Notes: a model not told the origin generated them from the letters alone. A DNA stretch of 64,000 bases from an uncultured Planctomycetota bacterium (GCA_963845755.1 CAWJTV010000018.1:32001-96000), one strand, 5' to 3'; counted from the stretch's first letter, positions 47,085 to 54,946 are shown. Numbers and translations are program-made.

Positions 47085-47420
47085 ATGAGCGTCAGCGACG
47101 ATCTTGACCGGTTGTTTCCAGGCCACCGCTCGCCCGAGCGGGTTGCCGATTGGGAGGCGCTCGAGCAGCGCCTTGCCTACGGGCAGTCCGTCACTGGTAC
47201 GGTCGTCGTCAAATCCCCGTTCGGGGCGTGGGTCGACCTCGGCGTCGGTTTCCCTGCCCTGCTGGAGATCATCGTCATTGTGGGCCTGACGCCCGAGAAA
47301 TATCGTGCGGGTGACTGGTGCCCTGTCGGTAGCGAAGTCTCGGCGTTTGTCGGTGGATTCCGCGATGACTCTCATCAGATAGGGCTGTGGCAGGTGCCGG
47401 TCGGCCATGGCCGCGTCTAA
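47085..47420 (+). CDS. Cassette 7: stand-alone S1/OB-fold-like protein
   Basis: GQSVTGTVV...PFGAWVDLGVGFPALL..VGSEVSA.V.....QIGL. The stop lies in R''. Confidence 0.7.
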   Translation: MSVSDDLDRLFPGHRSPERVADWEALEQRLAYGQSVTGTVVVKSPFGAWVDLGVGFPALLEIIVIVGLTPEKYRAGDWCPVGSEVSAFVGGFRDDSHQIGLWQVPVGHGRV

Positions 47421-47473
47421 CTCCGCGTTGCAGTGGACCCGCCTGCGGCGGGCCGCTGAACTTTCCGTTAGGC
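47415..47473 (+). repeat. attC site (59 bp)
   Basis: GTCTAAC (complements the preceding GTTAGAC)...GTTAGGC. Confidence 0.92.
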
Positions 47474-47492
47474 TGCGGAGGCGCAGCGGGTT

Positions 47493-47810
47493 GTGGAGTG
47501 GCTCGTGCCATGGCATTCTGTCGCTGATGATCCAGCCTAGGTGGAGGGCATGGTACGTGAGTTACTCCGCGAGCTTGCTGAAGGTCACCCGCTCTACCGC
47601 CTCCCGGTGCGGACGTGGGGTCGCAGGCAGGACCGCGACGACGTGCTGTTCGCCATAGAAGATGGTAGCGGGCGCGTCGCGGTCGTCCATCTGGCGTGGA
47701 CTTGGAATCCACCCGATCCTCCGCCCTGGCCATGGACCATGCTGTATCGAAGCTTCGATGCGTGGATCGTCGAGGGTGTGCGCCGCGATTACGACGAGTT
47801 GCATGCCTAA
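47493..47810 (+). CDS. Cassette 8: hypothetical protein with an in-frame TAG at 47538 (or a start at ATG 47550)
   Basis: ELAEGHPLY..RRQDRDDVLF...VAVVHLAW..PWP. The stop lies in R''. Confidence 0.65.
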
Positions 47811-47862
47811 CCTGCGGTGGCAGCGGACCCGCTCCGCGGGCCGCCGATCTTGGGCGTGAGGT
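47805..47862 (+). repeat. attC site (58 bp), R' degenerate (GTGAGGT)
   Basis: GCCTAAC plus the conserved stem. Confidence 0.85.
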
Positions 47863-47917
47863 GGCGACAGGAGACACTCGGATTGTGGCTCGCGCGGGCG
47901 TGATGTACGCTGAGTGA

Positions 47918-48212
47918 ATGAGCCCGTCGATTCGAGAGGTCAACCCTGGCGAATTGCGGCTCCCACCGAGTCGGGCCAGCGGGGCCGACCCATGGAAGCT
48001 CCACCAGCAGATCCGACAATTTGGAGCGTCGAGGAACGGGATGCCCCCGATCCTTGTACGAGGATCCGGACGGCATCTTGGAGATCTCCGACGGGGTCAC
48101 CCGCGCCACCCGGATCGCCAAGCTGGCACCAGACCAGACAGTCCCGATCGTGGTGATCGGTCAGTATCGACGAAGCCGGGCAGGCTCCCCTTGCGTGAGG
48201 GACCGGTTATGA
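47918..48212 (+). CDS. Cassette 9a: small ParB/Srx-N-like protein, frameshift near 48058
   Basis: MPPILV-YEDPDGILEISDGVTRATRI..TVPIVV resembles the ParB-N PI.V...I.DG..R pattern. Confidence 0.55.
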
Positions 48213-48469
48213 GCGAGAGCGATACCCGTGTGGAATTGTTCGCCGCCCTCCAGGAATTGTCCGAGGTCATCCCCGAGATGCGGTCCGGCCAGCTCGTGGC
48301 GGCGGTCGGGGAGCTGTGCGCCGATCTCCACGGGCGCGGCCTCTGGGACGCCGCCGACGGCGAGTTGCTCAAGGCCGTATGGCTGTTCCGCCGCAACTAT
48401 GAGGCGGCTCTTACCCCGAGCCGGGACGATACCTTCTATGAACCCGCTGAAGTCAAGCCCCCCGACTGA
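48209..48469 (+). CDS. Cassette 9b: small helical protein whose original stop was displaced by the IS
   Basis: ATGA overlap with 9a; PEMRSGQLV..LWDAADGELL. The empty site restores GAT ACC TAA. Confidence 0.7.
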   Translation: MSESDTRVELFAALQELSEVIPEMRSGQLVAAVGELCADLHGRGLWDAADGELLKAVWLFRRNYEAALTPSRDDTFYEPAEVKPPD

Positions 48470-48800
48470 TTTTTTCCGGGCGTCCCGCGGGGCGCGGACA
48501 GCGATCGCTCCGAGTCCGACAGCGTATGTCCTGGCTCCCCGTTTGCGGGGAGCCAGGACACACGCTGTCTCTCGTTCTCCAGACAACGCCGGTGGTCCTG
48601 CGATCGACACTCTCCTTGTCCTTCTCGAAGAACTCCCGAGACCGCGGCTGGTGGCTTCGTCACGCGCGTCGCGCCTGCCAGGAGGCCGCGACCACCTTCT
48701 CTCCGTGTGGATCCTCACTCAAGGGACCGAGCACCCGTTACTCTGTTCGTCCGCGGACGACTCCGAAGCCAGGTGTGGGGACAAACCCATCTAACTCACG
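48435..48800 (-). ncRNA. Candidate bridge/seek RNA region of IS110 copy 1
   Basis: About 360 nt downstream of the transposase, conserved in copy 2, with strong hairpins and the junction-matching 7-mers GTTAGAT and AGAAGGT. Confidence 0.5.
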
Positions 48801-49950
48801 GTCGGCTGCCGCCGACCAGGCGCTTTCCGCCCCCTCGGGGACCTCGCCCTGCTCCAGGTATCGCCACAGCGCGATCAACAACTTGCGGGCCAGGGCCACA
48901 ATCCCCACCTTGCGCCGCCGCGTTGCCCTCGCCGAACCGACGCTGATACCACTGGCTCAAGGCGCTGTGGAGCTGCCAGTGCAGCCAGCCCCAGGCGATC
49001 TCCACCGCCATCCACCGCAGACGACAGTTCCCCGCCTTGCTGATCCCTTGCTCGCGCTGACCGTCGCCACTGGCGTACGGCGTCGGGGCCAAACCGGCGA
49101 GGCTCGCCAGCTCGCGGCGGTTCTGGATCTGCCGCCAGCCGAAGAACTCGCGGACGAACCGCGTCGCGCTCATCGGACCGATCGCCTTGAGGTTCAGCAG
49201 CAGCCGCGGCTTCTCGACGTCGGCCGTCGCGTCGTCGCGGAACGCTCGCCGCTGGGCGTTCTCCAGGTCGCGCACCTGGCGGTCCACCAGTGTCCATCGC
49301 TTGAACTCGCGGCGGATGCGGGCACTCAGCTCGGCCGGGACCGGCCTGCCGTCCCATTGGCGAAGTTGGCCGAGGCGTTCCGGCAACGGGTCATCGACCA
49401 CGACGTCAAGGCCGAGGTTGGCGAGGAGTCCCTTGATGCGATTGGAGTGCTCGGTGCGCTGGCCCTTGACGGCGATCAGCTCGCGGTGGGGCTGACGGCG
49501 GTCCTCATCGTCGGGGGTGGGGATGCGGACGACGCTCCAGAGCTTGTGCTCGCCGCCGTGATAACGGATCAACATCGTCAGGAGCTTGCCGACGTCGAGC
49601 CGATCGCTCTTGGCGCGACGCGCGCGGCGGTTGACCTCGATGCTGGCGGCGTCAACGACGAGGTTCGTGACTGCGTGATGTTGGAGATCGCGATGGAGCC
49701 AGAAGCCGTCGCGGCCGGCCTCGTAGCAGGAGACGAGGGGGACATCGCCGGAAAGGGCGAAGCGTTGCCTGGCGAGGAGGATCTCGCGCTGGAGACCTTC
49801 GAGATCGCGAGCGGGGATGGTGCGGAGCCGCGGCTTCTGGGCCATGGCGGTGGTGAAGGCGAGGTTCAAGGACGTCCAGCCGAGGTCGAAGGCGAGGAAG
49901 AGCGTGTTCGAGGCGGTGGTGGTAGGATGAAGGTCGTGGGTCGCTGACAT
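48796..49950 (-). CDS. IS110 DEDD recombinase/transposase, frameshift near 48915
   Basis: AFDLG, YEAG, AKSDRLD, GLAPTPYASG, GISKAGN.RLR. The tail KVGIVALARKLLIALWR is in a shifted frame. Confidence 0.92.
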   Translation of the reverse strand: MSATHDLHPTTTASNTLFLAFDLGWTSLNLAFTTAMAQKPRLRTIPARDLEGLQREILLARQRFALSGDVPLVSCYEAGRDGFWLHRDLQHHAVTNLVVDAASIEVNRRARRAKSDRLDVGKLLTMLIRYHGGEHKLWSVVRIPTPDDEDRRQPHRELIAVKGQRTEHSNRIKGLLANLGLDVVVDDPLPERLGQLRQWDGRPVPAELSARIRREFKRWTLVDRQVRDLENAQRRAFRDDATADVEKPRLLLNLKAIGPMSATRFVREFFGWRQIQNRRELASLAGLAPTPYASGDGQREQGISKAGNCRLRWMAVEIAWGWLHWQLHSALSQWYQRRFGEGNAAAQGGDCGPGPQVVDRAVAIPGAGRGPRGGGKRLVGGSRP

Positions 49951-50050
49951 GGTAAGACTCCGAGGTTGAGAGGGATTTGGTGAAAGACCTCTTCTGAGGA
50001 GCTTACCGTCGGCGGCTCACCGTTTTCAGCCCGGTCGCTCCGGACATAGT

Positions 50051-50100
50051 ATCTAACCAGGCGATGCAGCGGACCCGGCCCGCTGAGCTTGACGTTAGGC
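50051..50100 (+). repeat. attC site (50 bp, short loop); R'' ATCTAAC rebuilt by the IS end
   Basis: ATCTAAC..TGCAGCGGACCCGGCCCGCTGA..GTTAGGC. Confidence 0.8.
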
Positions 50101-50111
50101 GGCTTCGAGCG

Positions 50112-50357
50112 ATGGCTCGTGAAGACGTGAAGCTCGACATCCTGCGGCTGGTCGCCCGCCATGACGGAGAGTGGTTCTGGTATCACATCGATCGCGCACT
50201 CAGCGGCGCTCGCATCGGATGCGTCGGCCCCTTCACGGCCGAGATCGGTGATTTGGAGTCCGCAGGACTGATCGAGACCCGCCCGAACTTCGCGCTTGGC
50301 GATCAGGGGCGTTACTGGCGAACTGAGGCGGGACGCGCGGCGGTCGCGGACGCCTAA
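50112..50357 (+). CDS. Cassette 10: small winged-helix-like protein
   Basis: LESAGLIE..RYWRTEAGRAA pattern; stop in GCCTAAT. Confidence 0.6.
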   Translation: MAREDVKLDILRLVARHDGEWFWYHIDRALSGARIGCVGPFTAEIGDLESAGLIETRPNFALGDQGRYWRTEAGRAAVADA

Positions 50358-50449
50358 TCGGCGCGGCAGGGGACCTGAACCGCCACAGCACTTAAGGATG
50401 CGAACGAACTCATCTCGGTGGCCCCGGACACTGGCCCAAGTGGTCATGC
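50352..50449 (+). repeat. Degenerate long attC (98 bp)
   Basis: GCCTAAT..GGCAGGGGACC...GTCATGC with weak pairing. Confidence 0.45.
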
Positions 50450-50457
50450 GGCTTCCA

Positions 50458-50485
50458 TTGCTGGTCGGTCCGATCGCGGTATAAT
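50458..50485 (+). promoter_or_regulatory. Promoter of the toxin-antitoxin cassette
   Basis: TTGCTG-N16-TATAAT, followed by GGAGG and ATG at 50502. Confidence 0.6.
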
Positions 50486-50501
50486 GTTGGGGGAGGTGTC
50501 C

Positions 50502-50721
50502 ATGATCCAGACAGTTGAAGCGGTGGTCAACGCGACCGGCCACGTGCGATTGCTCGGCGAAGTGCGAGTCGAACGCGCCCCGTCGGGCTTTGGTGACCGT
50601 GCTCGAAGAGCCGGCCGCTGTACCCGGTGAGGCGGCGCTGCTGGCCGAGGCGGCCTTGGCCGCCGATTGGTCGAGGCCGGAGGAGGATGCCGCGTGGTCG
50701 TACCTTCAGCCGGCGAAGTAG
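50502..50721 (+). CDS. Cassette 11a: putative antitoxin, frameshift near 50575
   Basis: MIQTVEAVV..G.VRLL..RRALVTVLEE..LAADWSRPEEDAAW; overlaps the toxin. Confidence 0.7.
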
Positions 50722-51038
50722 TGCTGGTCCCGTTCCCCTTCTCGGACCTGTCGCAGTCCAAGTTGCGGCCGGCAGTCTGCCTGGCCCCCGCCGGCCGGGG
50801 CGACTGGGTGCTCTGCCAGATCACGAGTAGTCCCTACGGCGATCCCTCGGCGGTGCCGTTGGACGCAACGGACTTCACCACGGGCGGGCTGCTGGTGGCG
50901 AGTTTCGCCCGGCCGGGTAAGCTCTTCACCGCCAGCGTCGGCCTCATGGTGAAATCGGTCGGCATTCTTTCTCCCGCTGCGCTGGCCCGGGTACTTTCGG
51001 TGGTCGCTGCACTCTTCCAGCCACCTTCGGGGCCCTGA
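50694..51038 (+). CDS. Cassette 11b: PemK/MazF-family endoribonuclease toxin
   Basis: GEVVLVPFPFSDLSQSKLRPAV..CQITS..S.ARPGKLFT; GGAGGAGG RBS. Confidence 0.88.
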   Translation: MVVPSAGEVVLVPFPFSDLSQSKLRPAVCLAPAGRGDWVLCQITSSPYGDPSAVPLDATDFTTGGLLVASFARPGKLFTASVGLMVKSVGILSPAALARVLSVVAALFQPPSGP

Positions 51039-51039
51039 C

Positions 51040-51098
51040 GCCTAACGAGGCGATCCAGCGGACCCGCTGGCGCGGGCCGCTGATCTTTAACGTTAGGA
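51040..51098 (+). repeat. attC site (59 bp)
   Basis: GCCTAAC...GTTAGGA. Confidence 0.92.
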
Positions 51099-51117
51099 AG
51101 CAAGAAAAGGGGCTGGC

Positions 51118-51453
51118 ATGAAAGCCTTCGTGGTGTCTCTCAACGGCCAACCGTTCGTGACAGCCGGGGTCGGTGATGATGGCGTCCTCGCCACAGGGCT
51201 CAGCTGGGTCGGTGGCTCCCCACCACGTCCCGTCGAGGGCCGGCTAGATTTTCGCGTGGGCGGCGTTGACGGGCGCACTGGGGAGCACATCAATTGGTCG
51301 GTCCCCGAGATCGGCGTTGGCGACGAGATCACGATCAAGGTCATCGAGACGGCTCAGGTGACGCCTGAAGACGAGCGCTACCGCTTCGACGAGTCGAACT
51401 GCCATATCGGCGTCAGGGGCGAAGAGACCGAGGCGGGAGAAGAGGAGCCTTGA
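51118..51453 (+). CDS. Cassette 12: hypothetical protein
   Basis: MKAFVVSLNG..AGVGDDGVL..VGDEITIKVIE; fills the cassette. Confidence 0.75.
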   Translation: MKAFVVSLNGQPFVTAGVGDDGVLATGLSWVGGSPPRPVEGRLDFRVGGVDGRTGEHINWSVPEIGVGDEITIKVIETAQVTPEDERYRFDESNCHIGVRGEETEAGEEEP

Positions 51454-51456
51454 GTT

Positions 51457-53024
51457 CTTCTATGAAACCGCTGAAGTCAAGCCCCCCGACTGATTCTTTC
51501 CGGGCGCCCCGCGGGCGCGGACAGCGATCGCTCCGAGTCCGACAGCGTGTGTCCTGGCTCCCCGCAAACGGGGAGCCAGGACACACGCTGTTTCTCGTTC
51601 TCCAGGCAACGCCGGTGGTCCTGCGATCGGCACACTCCTTCCTCTTGCGAAAGAACTCCCGGGACCGCGGCTGGTGGCTTCGTCACGCGCGTCGCGCCTG
51701 CCAGGAGGCCACGACCACCTTCTCTCCGTGTCGGTCCTCATTCCAGGGACCGAGCACCCGTTACTCTGTTCGTCCGCGGACAACTCCGAAGCCAGGTGTG
51801 GGGACAAACCCATCTAACTCACGGTCGGCTGCCGCCGACCAGGCGCTTTCCGCCCCCTCGGGGACCTCGCCCTGTTCCAGGTATCGCCACAGCGCGATCA
51901 ATAACTTGCGGGCCAGGGCCACAATCTCCACCTTCGCGCCGCGCGTTGCCCTCGCCGAACCGACGCTGATACCACTGGCTCAAGGCGCTGTGGGGCTGCC
52001 AGTGCAGCCAGCCCCAGGCGATCTCCACCGCCATCCACCGCAGACGACAGTTCCCCGCCTTGCTGATCCCTTGCTCGCGCTGACTGTCGCCACAGGCGCA
52101 CGGCGTCGAGGCCAAGCCGGCGAGGCTCGCCAGCTCGCGGCGGTTCTGGATCTGCCGCCAGCCGAAGAACTCGCGGACGAACCGCGTCGCGCTCATCGGA
52201 CCGATCGCCTTGAGGTTCAGCAGCAGCCGCAGCTTCTCGACGTCGGCCGTCGCGTCGTCGCGGAAGGCACGCCGCTGGGCGTTCTCCAGGTCGCGCGCCT
52301 GGCGGTCCACCAAAGTCCAGCGGTCGAACTCGCGGCGGATGCGGGCACTCAGCTCGGCCGGGACCGGCCTCCCATCCCATTGGCGAAGTTGGCCGAGGCG
52401 TTCCGGCAACGGGTCATCGGCCTCGACGTCAAGGCCGAGGTTGGCGAGCAGGCCTTTGATGCGATGGGAGTGCTCGGTGCGCTGACCCTTGAGGGCGATC
52501 AGCTCGCGATGGGGCTGGCGGCGATCTCCGTCGTCGGGCGTGGGGATGCAGACGATGCTCCAGAGCTTGTGCTCGCCGCCGTGATAACGGATCAACATCG
52601 TCAGGAGCTTGCCGACGTCGAGCCGATCGCTCTTGGCGCGGCGGGCGCGGCGATTGCCCTCGATGCTGGCGTCGTCGACGACGCAGTTGGTGACGGCGTG
52701 GTGTTGGAGATCGCGATGGAGCCAGAAGCCGTCGCGGCCGGCCTCGTGGCCGGAGAGCACGGGGGCGTCGCCGGGGAGGGCGAAGCGGTCTCGGGCGCAG
52801 AGGATCTCGCGCTGAAGGGCGTCGAGATCGCGAGCGGGGATGGTGCGGAGCCGCGGCTTCTGGGCCATGGCGGTGGTGAAGGCGAGGTTCCAGGACGTCC
52901 AGCCGAGGTCGAAGGCGAGGTCGAGCGTGTTCGAGGCGGCGGTGGTAGGATGAAGGTCGTGGGTCGCTGACATGGTAAAACTCCGAGGTTGAGAGGGATT
53001 TGGCGAAAGACCTCTTCTGAGGAG
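51457..53024 (-). mobile_element. IS110-family element, copy 2 (diverged, upstream end truncated)
   Basis: Collinear with copy 1 from CTTCTATG (51457) to CTTCTGAGGAG (53024); lacks about 50 bp of that end. Confidence 0.88.
51819..52973 (-). pseudogene. IS110 recombinase, probably inactive
   Basis: Same motifs as copy 1, but PYASG has become PCACG (conserved Ser lost), with a frameshift near 51935. Confidence 0.8.
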
Positions 53025-53076
53025 GTTAGAGCGCCCCACCGTTGGGTGGCACCCACTCGAAGCCTGCTCCCGAAGA

Positions 53077-53115
53077 ACCCCCTGAACCCCCCCTGCGAAG
53101 GGGGGGTTCGGGGGT
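53077..53115. repeat. REP-like hairpin
   Basis: ACCCCCTGAACCCCCCC-TGCGA-AGGGGGGGTTCGGGGGT; relatives at 57928-58012. Confidence 0.65.
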
Positions 53116-53449
53116 GAGTTCGCAGCGCCTCAGGGCGTGCGCAACGCAAGAGTTAAGCGCTCTAGCTGGCGGCCCGCGGAGGTGGCTGCGTGGGCGGGTT
53201 GCTGGTGGAGCTCAACTTCAGGACCATAGTCGAGGTCTTCAAGGCAGCCTGGCGACATGACTTCCCCAATTCCCCGTGAGGTCCCCGGCGCGCAGATGTC
53301 ATTGAGGTCGCCTCGCAGCCAATGCCCTCACATCCCCTCTGGGACCGCGAGATCGACGGCCGTTAGTTGTCCCGGGGTTCGACGGTCGTTATTGTAACGG
53401 GGAGAAGTCGCCTCTCACGAAGGGAGGTGACGCTCGAGAGACTGCGAAA

Positions 53450-53854
53450 ATGCATTTGGAGTTTGTCGTAGTCGGTGTTCCCATCTCAAACCAGTCGGCA
53501 GGAACTGCCGCCCTTCAAGCCTGGCGGACGGCGGTAGAGACCGAAGTAAAGAAGAACTGGACTGGTACTCCACTGACCGGCAGGCTGAAGGCGGTTATCA
53601 TCAACTTTCACACGGGTGATAAGCCATCCCTCGACCTCGACAACATGACGAAACCGATACTGGACGTCATGCAGCAAATCGTCTACGACGATGACCGCCA
53701 GGTTCGGCAGGCCGAACTCACACACGTCCGGATCGACGCGCCGTTCGTCTTCGTCGGGGCCTCGAAACTTATCGTGGCCGCCGTGCAAGCCGGTAATGAG
53801 TTTGTGTACGTGAGAATAGAGGACCCGATCGATCCATTCCCATTACCGACGTGA
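53450..53854 (+). CDS. Cassette gene: RusA-family Holliday junction resolvase-like protein
   Basis: EFVVVGVPIS.Q, DLDNMTKPILDVM, VYDDDRQV. Confidence 0.85.
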   Translation: MHLEFVVVGVPISNQSAGTAALQAWRTAVETEVKKNWTGTPLTGRLKAVIINFHTGDKPSLDLDNMTKPILDVMQQIVYDDDRQVRQAELTHVRIDAPFVFVGASKLIVAAVQAGNEFVYVRIEDPIDPFPLPT

Positions 53855-53858
53855 TACC

Positions 53859-54542
53859 ATGGATTACGAACAAGAGTTGAATCGTTTGGCAGACATTTAT
53901 CGAGGTCACGGCTACGACGTGACCGTCCGGCCTGGCCCGGATCAATTGCCTCCGTTCGCCAGAGATTTCAGGGTGGAAATCCTCGGCCGCCGCGGAGCCG
54001 AGGGTGTGCTCGTTGCAGTCAGGAGAAACCGCGACGAAGTTGCAGCCGACAGCGACATGCAGCGGTATGCTGAGACCACGGGAGCTCAGCCTGGGTGGCG
54101 ATTCGATTTCGCCATTCTCGAGTCGGAGCAGCCGAATGCCAGAGAGGTGCGGGGAGCGAAGGAGCTTTCGCAGGACGACATCAACAAGTCACTTGAACAG
54201 GCACGGGAACTCAGCCGAATGGGCTTCACAGGGTTTGCGGTCGTCGCAGCTTGGGCCACGTTGGAAGCGGCCATGCGGATGCGGCTCCGGGCTCTCGGAC
54301 AGGAAGCGGGTTGGGGAAGCATCCCCAGGCAGATGACAAGAGAACTCTATTCCGCAGGCGCGTTATCCCCAGACGAATTCCGTCGAATTGAGAGCGCGTC
54401 CCAGCTCAGGAACCAGATCGTTCACGGCTTCGCGTCGCAGCCCGCTGAGCCAGGCGATTCTGAGGCTGCGATGGTCGAAGTTCTGAGCGGCGTCGCTCAT
54501 CGCCTCGTTAATGAATCCCAACCCGCAGCGCAATCCACTTGA
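53859..54542 (+). CDS. Cassette gene: REase_AHJR-like N-domain plus HEPN-like C-domain
   Basis: LADIYRGHGYDV..P...LPPF..PGWRFD, then AWATLEAAMR...LRNQIVHG (Rx4H). Confidence 0.65.
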   Translation: MDYEQELNRLADIYRGHGYDVTVRPGPDQLPPFARDFRVEILGRRGAEGVLVAVRRNRDEVAADSDMQRYAETTGAQPGWRFDFAILESEQPNAREVRGAKELSQDDINKSLEQARELSRMGFTGFAVVAAWATLEAAMRMRLRALGQEAGWGSIPRQMTRELYSAGALSPDEFRRIESASQLRNQIVHGFASQPAEPGDSEAAMVEVLSGVAHRLVNESQPAAQST

Positions 54543-54556
54543 GCCGACTACCTATC

Positions 54557-54614
54557 GGCTAACCCGCGGTTGCAGCGGACCCGCTGCGCGGGCCGCTGAA
54601 CCTGGGCGTTAGCC
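54557..54614 (+). repeat. attC site (58 bp)
   Basis: GGCTAAC...GTTAGCC. Confidence 0.92.
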
Positions 54615-54631
54615 GGCGGGGGAACGTAATC

Positions 54632-54946
54632 ATGAAAGCGATCTCGTCCGTGCTGCTCATCCTGGCAGTCGCCTGCTCCGGCACGGGGCAAGAGCCGGAG
54701 GACGGCTACGTCCCGGACGATGGATTCGTCCCAAGCAAGGAAGTTGCTATCAAGATTGCCGTCGCGGTCTGGGAGCCGATCTACGGCGCGGAGAAAATCG
54801 CCAAGGAGAAGCCCTACCGTGCGACCCTGGCCGACGGCGTTTGGACCGTCGAGGGATCGCTATCGAAGGGCAGCAACGGCGGTGTGGCCCTCGCCAGGAT
54901 CGCGAAGAAGGACGGCCGCATCCTTCGCGTCACCCACGGCAAGTGA
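54632..54946 (+). CDS. Cassette gene: YbbC/YhhH / NTF2-fold immunity-like lipoprotein
   Basis: Lipobox-like LAVAC; VPSKEVAIKIA.AVW.PIYG..I..EKPY..VW.VEGSL..GG....I.K.DG.IL...HGK. Confidence 0.8.
   Translation: MKAISSVLLILAVACSGTGQEPEDGYVPDDGFVPSKEVAIKIAVAVWEPIYGAEKIAKEKPYRATLADGVWTVEGSLSKGSNGGVALARIAKKDGRILRVTHGK

Larger units (their letters stand above)
48433..50054 (-). mobile_element. IS110-family element, copy 1 (complete ends), inserted in attC R''
   Basis: CT at both ends (48433-34 and 50053-54). Removing it restores ACCTAAC plus attC. The boundary at 48433 is confirmed by copy 2. Confidence 0.9.

Noticed and set aside
48789..48795. ATCTAAC inside the IS as a further attC
   Set aside because: No stem or GTT partner follows; it is treated as a candidate guide instead.
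48815..48822. ACCAGGCG matching the copy 1 target flank, as a possible guide
   Set aside because: It lies in the probable coding tail and matches a variable part of attC, so it is likely chance.
48526..52970. Long plus-strand ORFs 48526-49947 and 51450-52970
   Set aside because: They are antisense shadows of the IS110 recombinases in high-GC DNA.
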